Shown here: positions 10,301-25,300 of the stretch, in pieces | How the letters are laid out: each line of letters opens with the position of its first letter | Numbering within the stretch: the first letter of the stretch is position 1 | From: Bdellovibrionales bacterium | GTDB lineage: Bacteria > Bdellovibrionota > Bdellovibrionia > Bdellovibrionales > UBA1609 | NCBI GenBank assembly: GCA_965205945.1 | Contig: CBDBIB010000001.1 | Span: forward strand, 576,001 to 640,000 | Length of the DNA stretch: 64,000 bases | Direction: 5' to 3' | The notes under the pieces: model-generated | The model's database searches: none | The model's input: only the letters and a program-made list of their open reading frames with translations | What the model was told of the DNA's origin: nothing | Program-made: the position numbers and the translations under genes

Positions 10301-13300
10301 GGCAGCAATATCTTTAACACCTATTTGAGCCTGTAAACCTTCATAAATATAATGAGCTACTGGCAGCATAAATTCTTCATTACTTGTTAATACTTTAACT
10401 TTAGCGCTGAATTCTAATTTTGCTCCAGACTTCCCCTCTAAATTTTTGATGAACCACCTATTTCCGTTATAGTTACCTAAACTTGATTTAATTCTACCAT
10501 GCAATTTAAATTGCTCCGGTAATGGAAGATTAATCTCTAAATTAGATACACTAGATAACCCTTTATTTTTAACCTGTGCTACGAATTTGACAATATCTTG
10601 TTCATGAGGGGCTGTGTTATCTACGTCCACTAAAAATTTTAAATCAGCAGTAACATCTTGTATTTTATTCATGATAGTTTTAGCCCTATTCATTGACAAT
10701 ATTTTATTTTTTTCAGCCAAACCCCTAAAATCAGCAAAGCCTTGAACAAAAACCTTTCCGTCATTTAAGTCTAGTGGTAAATTACTTAATTCTTTTGTTA
10801 GTTTTTCAACCTTATTAACTTCAGATTCTCTAATATTTGATTTAGCAACGTTAAAAAGAATACTTTCTGAAATCTTTTTTGACTGAAAGACCTTACCTTC
10901 TGATAAAATTGGGATTTTCACTCCAAAATTAAACTTTGTAAATAATCCGCCTGTTAATTTTATAACTCTTGGATTTTCAGTAGTAAATGTTGAATTCTTA
11001 GGTAACGTTTTAGGATCTACTTTTAATATATAGTTATGACCTCTATTATGCTTAAACTCAATATCTGGAATATGGAATCTACCAAATCCATCTGTTTCAT
11101 GAGCTAATCCATTAACTCCATATATTCTCACCCCTGGAATTCCTTCTTCATCAACACCCATATTGTTAATTGTCACTAGTAAGAATTTTTCTTTTTCCTC
11201 TTCAATGATAGTGTGCGACACTAAAATATCTTGAGAGCTCATTCCTTTACGACGAAGTCCTGTTAACTCCTCTATAACCCTACCATCACTCTTAAAAAGA
11301 AGAGCTGTTCCTTCGGATGTAACAACCCCTAAATCTTTTTTAATAGACTCTTTTATTGGAATCTTTAATTTAACATATGTAGTTTTAGAATAATCATTTC
11401 TCGATGACCTTCCACTTAAGGCTCCTAATCTATAACCTTTTTTAACATCTCCACTAATTTTCTTAAATCCATTTCCTCTATCTATCATAGAATCTGTATC
11501 TCTTACGTTCTCAAGACTTGTTCCACCATAAACCTTTAAACCCCTAACTATAGATTCATCTTGATAACCATCACCATCTCTATCATGAAACACTTTACCT
11601 ATAATACTAGTAATATCAAAAATTACGCTCTTTTGGATTACAATCAAAGCTCGGACTTCAGAAGTAACTTTAAAATTTTCAAATTCAGCAAATGCCCCTA
11701 TAGATACTCCATTTCCAACAATGGAAGAACCAACTCTAGTTTGAAAAATAATTTTATATTTTTCTAAACCCGTTGTAGACATTAAAAAACTTAACTCTTT
11801 TCCATCAACTGCAAGCTTTTCACTTGTACTTAAGCTCTTAACTGTTTCTATATCTAAATCTAAAAAGACATCATCTTCTGTCTCAAAAATACCATCATCT
11901 CCAGCCCTTAATACTTTCGTAGTCCCCTTAATATATGATAAACCCTGTGGTAAATTAGCTACTACTTTTAATGGCTCAAAAACATCTGTCACTAAACTTT
12001 CTACTTCTAATTCAACACCTAGTAGGTCACCCATAGAAGCCACATCTTTATCTGTCTTAATCCTAATTATTACCGAACTATTACCTAATATATTTAACTC
12101 AGCTATTAAATCATCTGGAGTAGTATTGCTATCTAACTTATCAGATTCTATTCTAGAAATTTTATTTATAATCTTTGTATTTTGAGCATCTTCATTAGGA
12201 CGAACCTCTAAGTTTAACGTAGCCTTCTCACCAACTAATAGCGAGCCTACGGACCAGACTGGCTCTAAAAAACTTCCCTTTGAAGCCGTAGAACTAATTA
12301 ATATAAATCTATCATCTAAATCATCATCAATTTCTAAACCATTTACTGCTAAAGGTCCTTTATTCTCAACTGTAATGGTAAATATAGCTGTTGCACTCTC
12401 ACCATATACAACTCCTGTATTAATATTTTTTGTTACATAAATATCAGATTCATTTCTAATATCTATCTGCTCAGATAAATCATCCGGTGAAAGATTTATA
12501 TCTGTTTGATCTAAAGTTATATCTGAAATAGTATTGATTACCGTTTGACCTGATGTTCCTGAGTTTACCCTAGCAACAATACTTAATTCAACAACATCAC
12601 CTGCATCAAGCTGTGGAATTACCCAATCTGGATAAGAAAAAGTGTTTCCAGAAAAAGCCGTGGCTGATACAAACGTAAGTTGTGCTGGCAATATATCTTT
12701 CATGAAAATGTTTGTCGCTCTTGCAGGGCCGTTATTTTCTACTATAATAGTAAATATAATCTCCTCATCTTCATTTGGCCTAGCATTATTTACTGTTTTA
12801 AAAATAACTAAATCTAAATCACTATTAACAGTTACATCTGCTGATAAAGTATCACCAACTGTGCTATCTATCTGATCTAAAGTGTAAGAAATTGTATTTG
12901 ATATTATTTGCCCTGATGTTCCCTTCAAAGCCCTTGCTTTAATATTTAAAGCAACAGTCTCTCCTGAGGCTAAATCCCCAATATTCCACGTCCTAGTACT
13001 AACTATAAAATTTAAAGAGTCGGCACTAATAAGCTCTAGCTGTGAAGGCCAATCATCTATAATTTTAAAATTCGAAGCTTGATTTGGTCCATTATTTCTA
13101 ACTACAATTGTATACGTAAACTCTTCACCTTCATCGATTATAGTTTTATCAACTGACAAGTTAATATCTAGATCAAGATCATTTTCAACAGTAATTGACT
13201 CCTCTAAGTCATCCCCTGCAGGGTTTAAATCTATCTGATCCAAGTCTACAGTTAAAATTTGATTTACAATAGTATTCCCAGATTGACCAATATCTATAGA

Positions 13301-16300
13301 AACTATTAATGTTAAAGTTTCTGTTTGAGCATTTTCAAGCGTACCTACAGACCAAAGATTTGCAGTATAAATTCCCTGACTTGCCGTAGAGCTTAATAAA
13401 GTTAGACCTGCAGGAATCACGTCTTCTATTGTAACGTTTGTTGCCCTTGCAGGACCGTTATTATAAACTGTAATTGTATAACTAATTAAAGACTGTTCGT
13501 AAGGAGTTGGGTTGTCTACAATCTTAGTAACTATAAGATCAGTCCCATTATCAATATTCACAGATTCTTCAAGATCATCCGTATCAGTTGAATCAAACTG
13601 ATCCATTGTGTAATTACTAATTATATTTGTAATTCTCGTGTTTGTAGTTCCCGCATCCACAGTTGCTGAGATTTCTAGATTTGCTATTTCTCCAATATTA
13701 AGTCGTGGAATTATCCATTGTGGTTTTACAAATGTTCCATGACTTGGTATAGAGGCTGATGAAAATGTTAATCCTGTGGGCAAAGTATCATCAATAACAA
13801 GATTATCAATTGCAATCGGTCCATTATTTGTTGCTTGAATTGTAAATTCAATCAAATCTCCTTCAAATGAATTTGAATCATCTACAGTTTTTGTAATCAT
13901 TAAATCCACCTGCTTATCTACAACAATTACTTCTTCTAAATCATCGCCTAAAGGATCTATATCTGTTCCACTTTGCAAAACATTTGTAATAATATTAGTA
14001 ATTATTTGTCCATTTGTTTCCTTATCCACTGTTGCAAGAATTTGAATAGAAGCTGTTTCACCCATTGAAAGGTTTCCAACAATCCACTTGTTTACTAAGT
14101 AGCTACCGTGCGTTGCTGCAGCTGAAGAAGCAAATGTCAAACCTGCTGGCATAGCATCTATGATTTCAAGATTTCGTGCTTGCGCAGGACCTTGGTTTTC
14201 AACTGTTAATGTGAATGTAACAACCTCCCCTTCACGTGGAGTGTTATTGTCTACTATTTTAGTTAAGATTAAATTATTATTATTATTAATAAACACATCA
14301 GTAGTATCTATATCATTACTTGTTTCAAGTTCTTCTTGGTCTACCAATAATACTTGAGCTTGAGTAGTTGCCGTTTGCCCACCAGATCCTTCTAGGGCTT
14401 TAGCTGTAATTTCTAACGTAAAAAATTCATTTCTATCTATAGTTGGTATAGACCAGATCCTAGTATTACTATCAAAAGATCCGCCTGTTATATTATAAGA
14501 TTCAAAGTTAAACAAAACAGGAAGAGCGATTAAGACGCCTACATTTGTTCCTCTTGCTGGTCCTATATTTGAAACCACAACAGTAAATGTTACATCATCC
14601 TGCTCATTAAGAAAAACCTGATCTGAAATAATAGATACCACTAAATCAAGTTCATTAACAATTTGAATTGTTTCATCTAAATCATCATTTGAATGATTTA
14701 AATCAGTTTCATCTAAAGTTATATTGCTTACTGTATTTGTAATAAATTGACCTTTGGTACCCACATTAGCTGTGGCATCAATTGTTAAAGTTTTACTCTC
14801 ATCCACAGCAATATCGCCAAGAGTCCACACTCCATTACTTATACTGTAGGCCGTTCCATCTGATTCGTTATGAGCCAAATATGTTAGCCCTGCAGGAATT
14901 TGATCTTGAACACTAACATTCTCAGCTAGTGCAGGACCATTGTTTGTAACATTAATAGTGAATCTAACCATTTCACCTTCTGAATAAATAGACTCATCTG
15001 TAATTTTTGTGATAAAAAGATCTGTCTCATGTTTAACTAAAATATCTGCAAATAAAATATCATTAGAAGCGCCAATAGAATCATTCTGATCAAAAGTGAC
15101 TGATGAAATCTCATTTCTAATGACACTCCCACCTTGACCATAATCAACTTCAGTTTCAATCTCTAAAGTACTAATAAATCCATTTGGTATTACCCTTATT
15201 GACCAAACATCATCTTGAAAACTTCCTAAGTTAGCCCGGGCACTGATAAATGTAACCCCTGCTGGTAAAATATCTGTTAAGCTAAAATTAGTTGCTCCTG
15301 AAGGACCATTGTTTCTAACCGTAATGGTGTATGTAATCAGCTCACCTTCATTTGGAGTTCGATTTGAAACGGTTTTAGAAATTTCAAGGTTAGTATTATT
15401 ACCGACACTTAAAACCTCTGATAAATCATCTGGCGTAATATTACTATCTGTTTGATCAAAACTATTTAATTGAACAGTATTTATAATATCAATACCACCA
15501 GCCTCTAATTCAACACGGGATCGAAGATTTAATACAGCAGTATCATTAACAGGCAAAGAGCTAATATCCCAAAGCATTGTGTTCGAATCAAATATTCCTT
15601 TAGTTGAAAAATAAGACTCTAAACTAAGTAATGTTGAAGGAAATATATCTTGAATTTGAATTCCTGTTGCATTTGCTGGGCCTTTATTCTCTACTCGCAC
15701 AGTAAATGTAACTTCATCACCCTCTTGTGGTGCTTGAACATCTACAGTTTTAGTAATATGTAAATCTACTTTATCATCAACAGTGAAAACTTCTGTTAAA
15801 TCATCCGGGGTTTTATTAGAATCAAACTGATCCAGTGTAAAACCTATTACTTGAGCCGTTATAACTTGATTAAATATTCCAGTTTTTACTTTAGATTGAA
15901 TTTTTAATGTTGCACTACTTCCTGAATTAACGGCAGGAATACTCCAGGTTGGAAAAAAGTACGTACCTGCAGATGCAACGACTCCATTATTTATAAAATC
16001 CACTTGAGGTGGCGCAAAAAAGTCCATCGATAAATTCTCAGCCCTATTTGGACCATTATTTACAACCTCAATCTGATATGTGAAAACTTGATTCTCTTCT
16101 AATATTTCATCAGCACCAGGATCATCTATAATAGTAACTAATATCTGTAAATCTGTATTTGTACCAACAACTACCGTTTCCTCTAAATCGTCTGCCTCAA
16201 TATTTAAATCTATTTGATCTTGGCTCTGATTATCAAGTCTATTAACAATAACTTGCCCTGAAGCGCCTGGGTTAACATCAACAGTTAATATTAATGTTTC

Positions 16301-19300
16301 TACTTGCCCCATATTTAATGTGCCTATGGACCATTTAGATCCAGCATAAGCACCCTGTGTTGGAACCTGAGAATTTAATGTAAAGAACGTTGATAAAATG
16401 TCATAAATTTCAACGTTTTTAGCTTGTGCTGGACCATTATTTGTGACCTGAATTGTAAAGACAACTTGATCTCCCTCATCAACAGCATTTAAATTAGCTG
16501 TTTTACTAAAGAAAATATCAGCCTCATTTTTAATAATTAGACTTAATTCATTATTATCTACAACTTGTGTATCTTCCGTTTGATCTATTGCTGTAATATC
16601 TAAAACTGTTGAAAGTGTGCTTCCCCCAGATCCAACATCTACACTAACCTGAAAACTTATAGTTTCTGTCACACCCACTGCAAGAGTGTTTATATCCCAA
16701 GTTAAAGTCGCCCCTATATTATTAACATTATCTGCCCCAACCATAGTCCCAGGAATAAACGTTAACCCCTCAGGAACTATTGTCTGAAGAGTCATATTGG
16801 TTGCAACCTTTGGACCGTTATTTGTTACATTATAAGTAAGCGTAACAAAATCACCTTCCTCAGGGTTTGAGTTCACAACTATACCATCAATATAAACATC
16901 TATTTTCTCAATAACTCTTATATCTTCAGTATAATCATCACTTGTTAGATTTGTATCTATTACATCTAAGATAAAATTTGTAACCGTATTAGTAATTATG
17001 CTCCCACCAGTACCTGGAAGTGGGCTAGCAGAAATTTCAAGTGAAATTGATGCCCCCACTGGTAAAAATGATGTGACACCCCAATTTCCTGTCACAGAAT
17101 CATATGTACCTAAGGAGTTATCCGATATATATGTAAGTCCAGCAGGAAGTAAATCATTAAGTTGAATACTCTCAACTGTGACGGGTCCATTATTTGTAAC
17201 TGTTATAATATATTTAAAAATTTCCCCAATACTTGGAGTCGAATTGTCTACTACTTTAGAAATTTGAACATCTGATCTACTCTCTAGATTAACCGTAACA
17301 CTTAATGTATCATTACTCTGAGTATCTAAATACGAGTGGGTATAACTTACGGTATTTGTAATAGATAAGTTTTTAGCCCCTAAACCTGAAATTACTTTAA
17401 ATGTAAGAGTTTTAGTAGCTCCTATTGCAATTTCATTTATTATCCACACAAGACCTGTTCCTGCAGGATCTAATTCATTTCGATCATCAGCACCCGTCAT
17501 AGAACCCAAAACATAATCCATAAAATCAGGCACAATATCTGTTATTTGAATATTTTCACCAACTGATGGCCCAAAGTTTTCAACAGTAATTGTATACGTC
17601 ATTTCTGATAATAAAGCTGGCTGTAGACTACTTGCAGTCTTTATAACCTGAAGATCTATAACATTTTGAACTGTAACTGCTTCAGATAAATCGTCAGGCG
17701 TTGTATTTGTGTCAACCTGATCTAGTGCAACTCTGGTTAATGTATTTACAATAACATCACCTGCAGTCTTTGCATTCACTATAACTTGAAAAATTAATGT
17801 TTCAGTTTGCAATGGACCTAGCTGTATAATAGTCCAATTAAGACCTGCTTGAGCAGGATCTGCATCAAGACGTGTAGAGCCTCCGTTAATTGAACCCGTT
17901 ACATATGTTAAACCTGGTGGTATAATATCTGTAATAGTAATATTTGAAGCTCTTGTTTTTAAACTCTTATTACTAACATTAATCGTATAAGTAAGCGTTT
18001 CTAATTCTAAAGGATTGTTCTTATCCACTTGCTTTTCAATAAAAAGATCTAATGTATTATCTACAGTCACATCTATTCTTGACGTGTTGTTAGCAAAATC
18101 TACTTCCGTACTTATAAATGATGTAATATTTGAAACAGTTGATATAACTTCTCCTGCAAAGCCAGAATCCACTGTTACCTCATAAGTTAAAATACTCACC
18201 TCACCGCTTAGAATTTGATGGACCGTCCACTCAAGTCCCGAAGCTGTAGATGGAGTAAGATCATTCTGTATGTGACCTCCACTAATTGAATTTTCTACAT
18301 AAGTTAATCCTGTCGGAACTAAATTACTAACCACAACATCTCTAGATGTAGTTGGCCCATTATTTCTAAGAGTTAATGTATATGTTAGTGTATCTGTTTC
18401 TGACGGTGTTGTTGATGTTACAGCTTGAATAATTTCAAGGTCAGCATCATTTCTAACGTCAATACTAACTAAAGAAGTGTCATTACTATTATCTATATCT
18501 AACTGAGCAGAAGAGAGTAAATTACCAGTATTAACAATTGCCCTTCCTGAAGTTCCTTCCTTAGGAGCTGCTCGAAATATCAAATCAAGGTTCTCGCCTT
18601 TTAACAACTGATTGATTGTCCACTTTAACCCATCTCCAGAGCCAGGAGTCCTGTCATCTTGATGATCTCCTCCCACCATTGAACCTGCAATATACGATAA
18701 GTTAGAGTCTAGTAAATCAACAACTTTAATATCTGATGCCGCTGCGGGTCCGTTGTTCTTAACATTAACAGTATAAACTACCTCCTCTAGCTCAAAAGGA
18801 AGAATATTACTTACTGTTTTTGTAATTTGAATATCAAGATCTGAATTTACATTTAAATCAACATTTCCTGAATTATTTAAATCATTTATATCTGTTTGAG
18901 CAGAGCTAGATAATTGCGCCGTATTTGTAATAGGATTGTGTAAATTAGAAGACTCTAACACCATCACATCAAATGTAATGTTTTTAGTTTGACCTGAACT
19001 AATTTTACCAATAGAAAAATCAACTCCTGTACCTGATGGATCAGTACTATTTACTGAATCTACGCCACTATCTGTTCTAGGCATATAGAATAATCCTGTA
19101 GGAATAATATCATTGATCACAACTGAACTTGCCTGTGTTGGACCTGCATTTGTAACACCAATTGTATATGTAACTATCTCACCTATATTAGGCGTTGTAT
19201 TAGAAACTGCTTTAGTTAATGAAATATCTAAGTTATTTAGGATATTAATATCTCTTGTACCCACATTGTTTACAGGATTTATCTCTGTTTGATCAACACT

Positions 19301-22300
19301 TGTGTATGAAGCACTATTTGTAATAAGAGTATTTAAATTCGCTCCGGCACCAACCACACCTTTAAATGTTAAATCTACTGAATTTAAAGGACCTACTGAA
19401 GTTAACGAATTGATTGTCCACTTTAAGCCTGTTCCATAAGGGGAGCTTTCAATCTGAGCATCCCCTCCAAGCATAGAGGCCGTAGTATATATAATATCTA
19501 AAGGAACAATATCTTTAATTACTAAACCAGTAGCACGTGATGGTCCATGATTTGTAACAGTAATTGTATATGTAACCTCTTCACCTTCTTCATAATTTGA
19601 CTTATTCGAAGTCTTTGCTACTTGAATATCTAAATCTGTTGTAACAGTCACAGTGACTGAGTCTGTGTTATTTGTTAAATTCTCTTCTGTTTGATCAATG
19701 GAGAAAATATCACTCGTATTTGTAATACTCATTCCGCCTGCACCTGAGTCAATTTGAGCATTAAAAGTAACTGTTTTACTTTCACCACTAAGTAGTGAAT
19801 TAATTGTCCACCTCAACCCTGCACCCGTTGGATCAGATTCATTTTTTAAATCTCCACCTATCATCGTACCTACTTGATAAGTTAAACCTGGTGGTAAAAT
19901 ATCTCTTACAACAATATTTGTTGCATCTGCAGGACCAGAATTTGTAACAACCAATGAATACGTAATGACTTGAGTCTCATTCGGCATACTTTCATTAACT
20001 TGTTTATTTATTACAATATCTACACCACGTGCTAAGAAATCAGCAGTATCACTATCATTGTCTAAATTAGAATCGGTTTGATCTAAAGAAGTTATTGTAC
20101 CGGTATTTATAACAGACCCTAATCCCCTAGCACCCACATCTACCGTAGCTTGAAATGTTAAGCTTGCTATATTTTCTGGACCTACACCTGATAAAGATTC
20201 AATTAACCAAGTTAAGCCTGTTGTATCTGGATTTATATCATTATACAATGCTTGACCTGCAATTGAACCTGGTACATACGTCACTCCATCTGGAACTATA
20301 TCCGTAATATTAATATTTGTTGCCGTAGCACCACTAAAATTTTTAACTAAAAGAGTATACGTAACAATTTGACCTTCAATGGGTTCTGTATTAGATATTT
20401 GTTTTTCTATTTCAATATCTAAAGCCTGAACAATTATATCTACTGCTCCTACATTATTACCTAAATTATCTTCTGATTGATCCGCCGAAGAAAACTCTGC
20501 GCTATTTGTAATTGTTCCATATTCATTATAAGCACCCGCATTTACTTGTGCATTAAACATTACATCTACAATTTGATTTGGAGCCAATGTATTGATTGTC
20601 CACGTTAAGCCGGTTATATCATCTGGAGTCAGATCATTTTGTATATCTCCTCCTGCTATTGTTCCTTGCCTATAAGTAATACCTGCCGGCACTAAATCTT
20701 TTAACACAACATTTGTTGCTGGCTGACTGCTTAAGTTCTTTACAGAAATTGTATAGGTAACTGTTTCAAATTCGACAGGTGTTGGGTTGTTGACAACTTT
20801 AAGAACTTCTAAATCAAGTCCTCGTACAGTGATATCTACTAAGCCTTCATTATTTACCTGATTTGAATCAACCTGATTAAGATTAATCAATCTTGCAGTA
20901 TTTGTGATAGTCCCACCGGAATTAACTTTTGCACCTATATCAACCCTAGCTTTAAAACGAAGACTTACACTATCTCCCCCAGCAAGAGTATTGATATGCC
21001 AAACAAGACCATCTCCTAAGGTAGGAGTAGTATCATCTTGTAAACTTCCACCACGCATCGAAAAGTCCACATAAGTTATACCCTCTGGAACAATATCACC
21101 AATAACTATACCTGTTCCCACCTCATCATCTATTTTATTTGTAACGGTAATTATATATTCAATCTCTTCACCCTCTTCAGGACTAAAGTTACTCACTGTT
21201 TTTAAAACACTTAAATCAAATGCTTTAATTGTAATAAGAGCTGAACTAATATTATTAGACACATTGTCTTCTGATTGATCCGCCGAAGAAAATTCTGCAC
21301 TATTTATAATTGCTCCGTATGTTGCTTGTGAGCCAGCATCTACCTGAGCTCTAAATGTTACTGATTTTGTTTCTCCGGCTAAAAGGCTTGCATGAGTCCA
21401 AGTCAGCCCATCTCCAGAAGTTGGAGTTGAATCATTTCTTGATGTTCCTCCTCTAATTGAATTTTGTACATATGTTACACCTGCTGGCACCAAATCTTTT
21501 AACACAACATTTGTTGCTTCTTGCTGGCTTAGGTTTGCAACACTAATCTTATAAATTACCTCACTTCTTTCAAGAGGATTGGCATTATCTACAGTTTTTA
21601 TAACTTCTAAATCAAGGCCACTAACCGTAATCATAGCCCCGTCTGTGTTATTTGTATTGTCCTCTTCTGATTGATCTGATAACTTTAAATTAACTGTATT
21701 AGTAATTGTTCCATAATCATCTTTTGCTCGAGGATCCACTGTCGCCTGAAAACTCAGAGTCTCTACAGCACCCACACTTAATGTGGGAAAAACCCATACT
21801 AAACCTGTTGTATCATGGTTCTCATCATTTCTCTGTGTTCCACCCTTAATTGAATTCAACACATATGTTACACCATCAGGAACTATATCCTCTACCACTA
21901 TATTTGTAGCGGTTTGTCCACTTAAATTACTCACTATAATTGTATACGTAATCTTAGCCCCTTCTTCTGGACTTTGATTATCAACAGTTTTTACTATGCT
22001 TAAATCTATTCCTCTAACAGTAATATCTACTGATCCTTGATCATTTTCTGGAGTAGAATCTGCTTGATCAACATTGGTCATCTGTGCTGTATTTGTAATT
22101 ATTCCATAATTATCTTTTGCTCTAGCGTTCACAACTGCATCAAAAGTTAGAATAATATCTGTTTCACTTGCAATGGAGTTAATATTCCAAGTTAAACCTC
22201 CTGTGATTGTATAAGGATCTAAATCATTTCTTTCTGTTCCTCCTCTAATTGAACCTTGCACATATGTTACACCTTCTGGAACAACATCCGTAATTTCTAA

Positions 22301-25300
22301 ACCTGTTCCTATCGTGTCAATAGCATTATTTGTAACTGTAATCGTGTATGTTATAACTTCGCCCTCTTCAGGGTTACTTTCACTAACTGTTTTAACAATT
22401 CCAATATCAAAAATTCTTGCTTCTATATTAGCAGCATCAATATTATTTAACGGATTTTCTTCAGTCTCGTTAAAACTTAATACTTTTGCAGTGTTTGTAA
22501 TTACTCCTAAAGCATGAGCTCCAGCATTTACTCTTGACCTAAAAGTTAATGTACTTGTTACTCCAGCTCCTATAGATCCAATAGTCCAAGTTAAACCCCC
22601 TGTAACTGTACCAGGATCTAAATCATTTCTTTCTGTTCCTCCTCTAATTGAATCTTGAACATATGTTACACCTGCTGGAACAACATCCCCTATGACTACA
22701 TCTGTTGCAACTTGTGTACTTAAGTTTTCTACCGTAATTGTGTATGTGATTTCTTCACCCTCTGCTGGTGTCGCATTACTTACAGTTTTAATTAATTCTA
22801 AATCTATTCCTTTTATTGTAATAACAACTGAATCTCTATCATTAGCCGCTTGATCATCTGTTTGATCCAAAGACGTAATCTCACTCGTATTTGTGATGTC
22901 TCCTTCAGATGCTTTAGCACCTGGATCTACCTTAACTCTAAAAGTTAGCTCCGTAGTAACTCCACCTGCTATTGTATCAATTGTCCATGTAAGCCCTGAA
23001 CCTAAAACATTCTGGTTGTCGCCTCCAAAAATAGAACCTTGAACATATGTTAAACCTGCTGGAACTAGATTCGTTACCTCTACCCCTGTAGCATCTTGTG
23101 TACTTAAATTTCTTACTCTTAATGTATATGTAATCTCTTCACCTTCTGTCGGTGTCGTATTGTTTACACTTGTTTCTATACTTAAATCTAATCCTACTAC
23201 CGCAACCGTCACTTCTCCTGTATCATTTAACGAATCTGAATCTATTTGATCCGAACTTATTCTAGATGCACTATTAATTATTTCTCTATAAAATGCTTGA
23301 GCACCTAAATCCACCGTTGCTTGAAATGTTAAATCTATATCCGAATTTGGTGCTAAACTTGAAATCCTCCACTCTAACCCTGCTGTAACAGGATCTGACT
23401 CATCTACTAATGCTACACCTCCAATGGAACCTTGAACATATGTTAAACCTGCTGGAACTACATCTTTAATTACTATATTTGTTCCAACTGCCACACTAGA
23501 TCTGTTGTCAACATTTATTGTATACGTAAATGTTTCACCTTCTTGAACACTTGTTTTACTTGATCTTTTTGTAACCGCTACATCAAATTCTTGAGCTGTA
23601 ATATTTCGACTTCCATTATTATTTAACGGATTTTCTTCAGTCTCGTTAAAACTTAATACTTTTGCAGTGTTTGTAATTACTCCTAAAGCATGAGCTCCAG
23701 CATTTACTCTTGACCTAAAAGTTAATGTACTTGTTACTCCAGCTCCTATAGATCCAATAGTCCAAGTTAAACCCCCCGTAACTGTACCAGGATCTAAATC
23801 ATTTCTTTCTGTTCCTCCTCTAATTGAATCTTGAACATATGTTACACCTGCTGGAACAACATCCCCTATGACTACATCTGTTGCAACTTGTGTACTTAAG
23901 TTTTCTACCGTAATTGTGTATGTGATTTCTTCACCTTCTGCTGGTGTCGCATTACTTACAGTTTTAATTAATTCTAAATCTATTCCTTTTATTGTAATAA
24001 CAACTGAATCTCTATCATTAGCCGCTTGATCATCTGTTTGATCCAAAGACGTAATCTCACTCGTATTTGTGATGTCTCCTTCAGATGCTTTAGCACCTGG
24101 ATCTACCTTAACTCTAAAAGTTAGCTCCGTAGTAACTCCACCTGCTATTGTATCAATTGTCCATGTAAGCCCTGAACCTAAAACATTCTGGTTGTCGCCT
24201 CCAAAAATAGAACCTTGAACATATGTTAAACCTGCTGGAACTAGATTCGTTACCTCTACCCCTGTAGCATCTTGTGTACTTAAATTTCTTACTCTTAATG
24301 TATATGTAATCTCTTCACCTTCTGTCGGTGTCGTATTGTTTACACTTGTTTCTATACTTAAATCTAATCCTACTACCGCAACCGTCACTTCTCCTGTATC
24401 ATTTAACGAATCTGAATCTATTTGATCCGAACTTATTCTAGATGCACTATTAATTATTTCTCTATAAAATGCTTGAGCACCTAAATCCACCGTTGCTTGA
24501 AATGTTAAATCTATATCCGAATTTGGTGCTAAACTTGAAATCCTCCACTCTAACCCTGCTGTAACAGGATCTGACTCATCTACTAATGCTACACCTCCAA
24601 TGGAACCTTGAACATATGTTAAACCTGCTGGAACTACATCTTTAATTACTATATTTGTTCCAACTGCCACACTAGATCTGTTGTCAACATTTATTGTATA
24701 CGTAAATGTTTCACCTTCTTGAACACTTGTTTTACTTGATCTTTTTGTAACCGCTACATCAAATTCTTGAGCTGTAATATTTCGACTTCCATTATTATTT
24801 AACGGATTTTCTTCAGTCTCGTTAAAACTTAATACTTTTGCAGTGTTTGTAATTACTCCTAAAGCATGAGCTCCAGCATTTACTCTTGACCTAAAAGTTA
24901 ATGTACTTGTTACTCCAGCTCCTATAGATCCAATAGTCCAAGTTAAACCCCCTGTAACTGTACCAGGATCTAAATCATTTCTTTCTGTTCCTCCTCTAAT
25001 TGAATCTTGAACATATGTTACACCTGCTGGAACAACATCCCCTATGACTACATCTGTTGCAACTTGTGTACTTAAGTTTTCTACCGTAATTGTGTATGTG
25101 ATTTCTTCACCCTCTGCTGGTGTCGCATTACTTACAGTTTTAATTAATTCTAAATCTATTCCTTTTATTGTAATAACAACTGAATCTCTATCATTAGCCG
25201 CTTGATCATCTGTTTGATCCAAAGACGTAATCTCACTCGTATTTGTGATGTCTCCTTCAGATGCTTTAGCACCTGGATCTACCTTAACTCTAAAAGTTAG

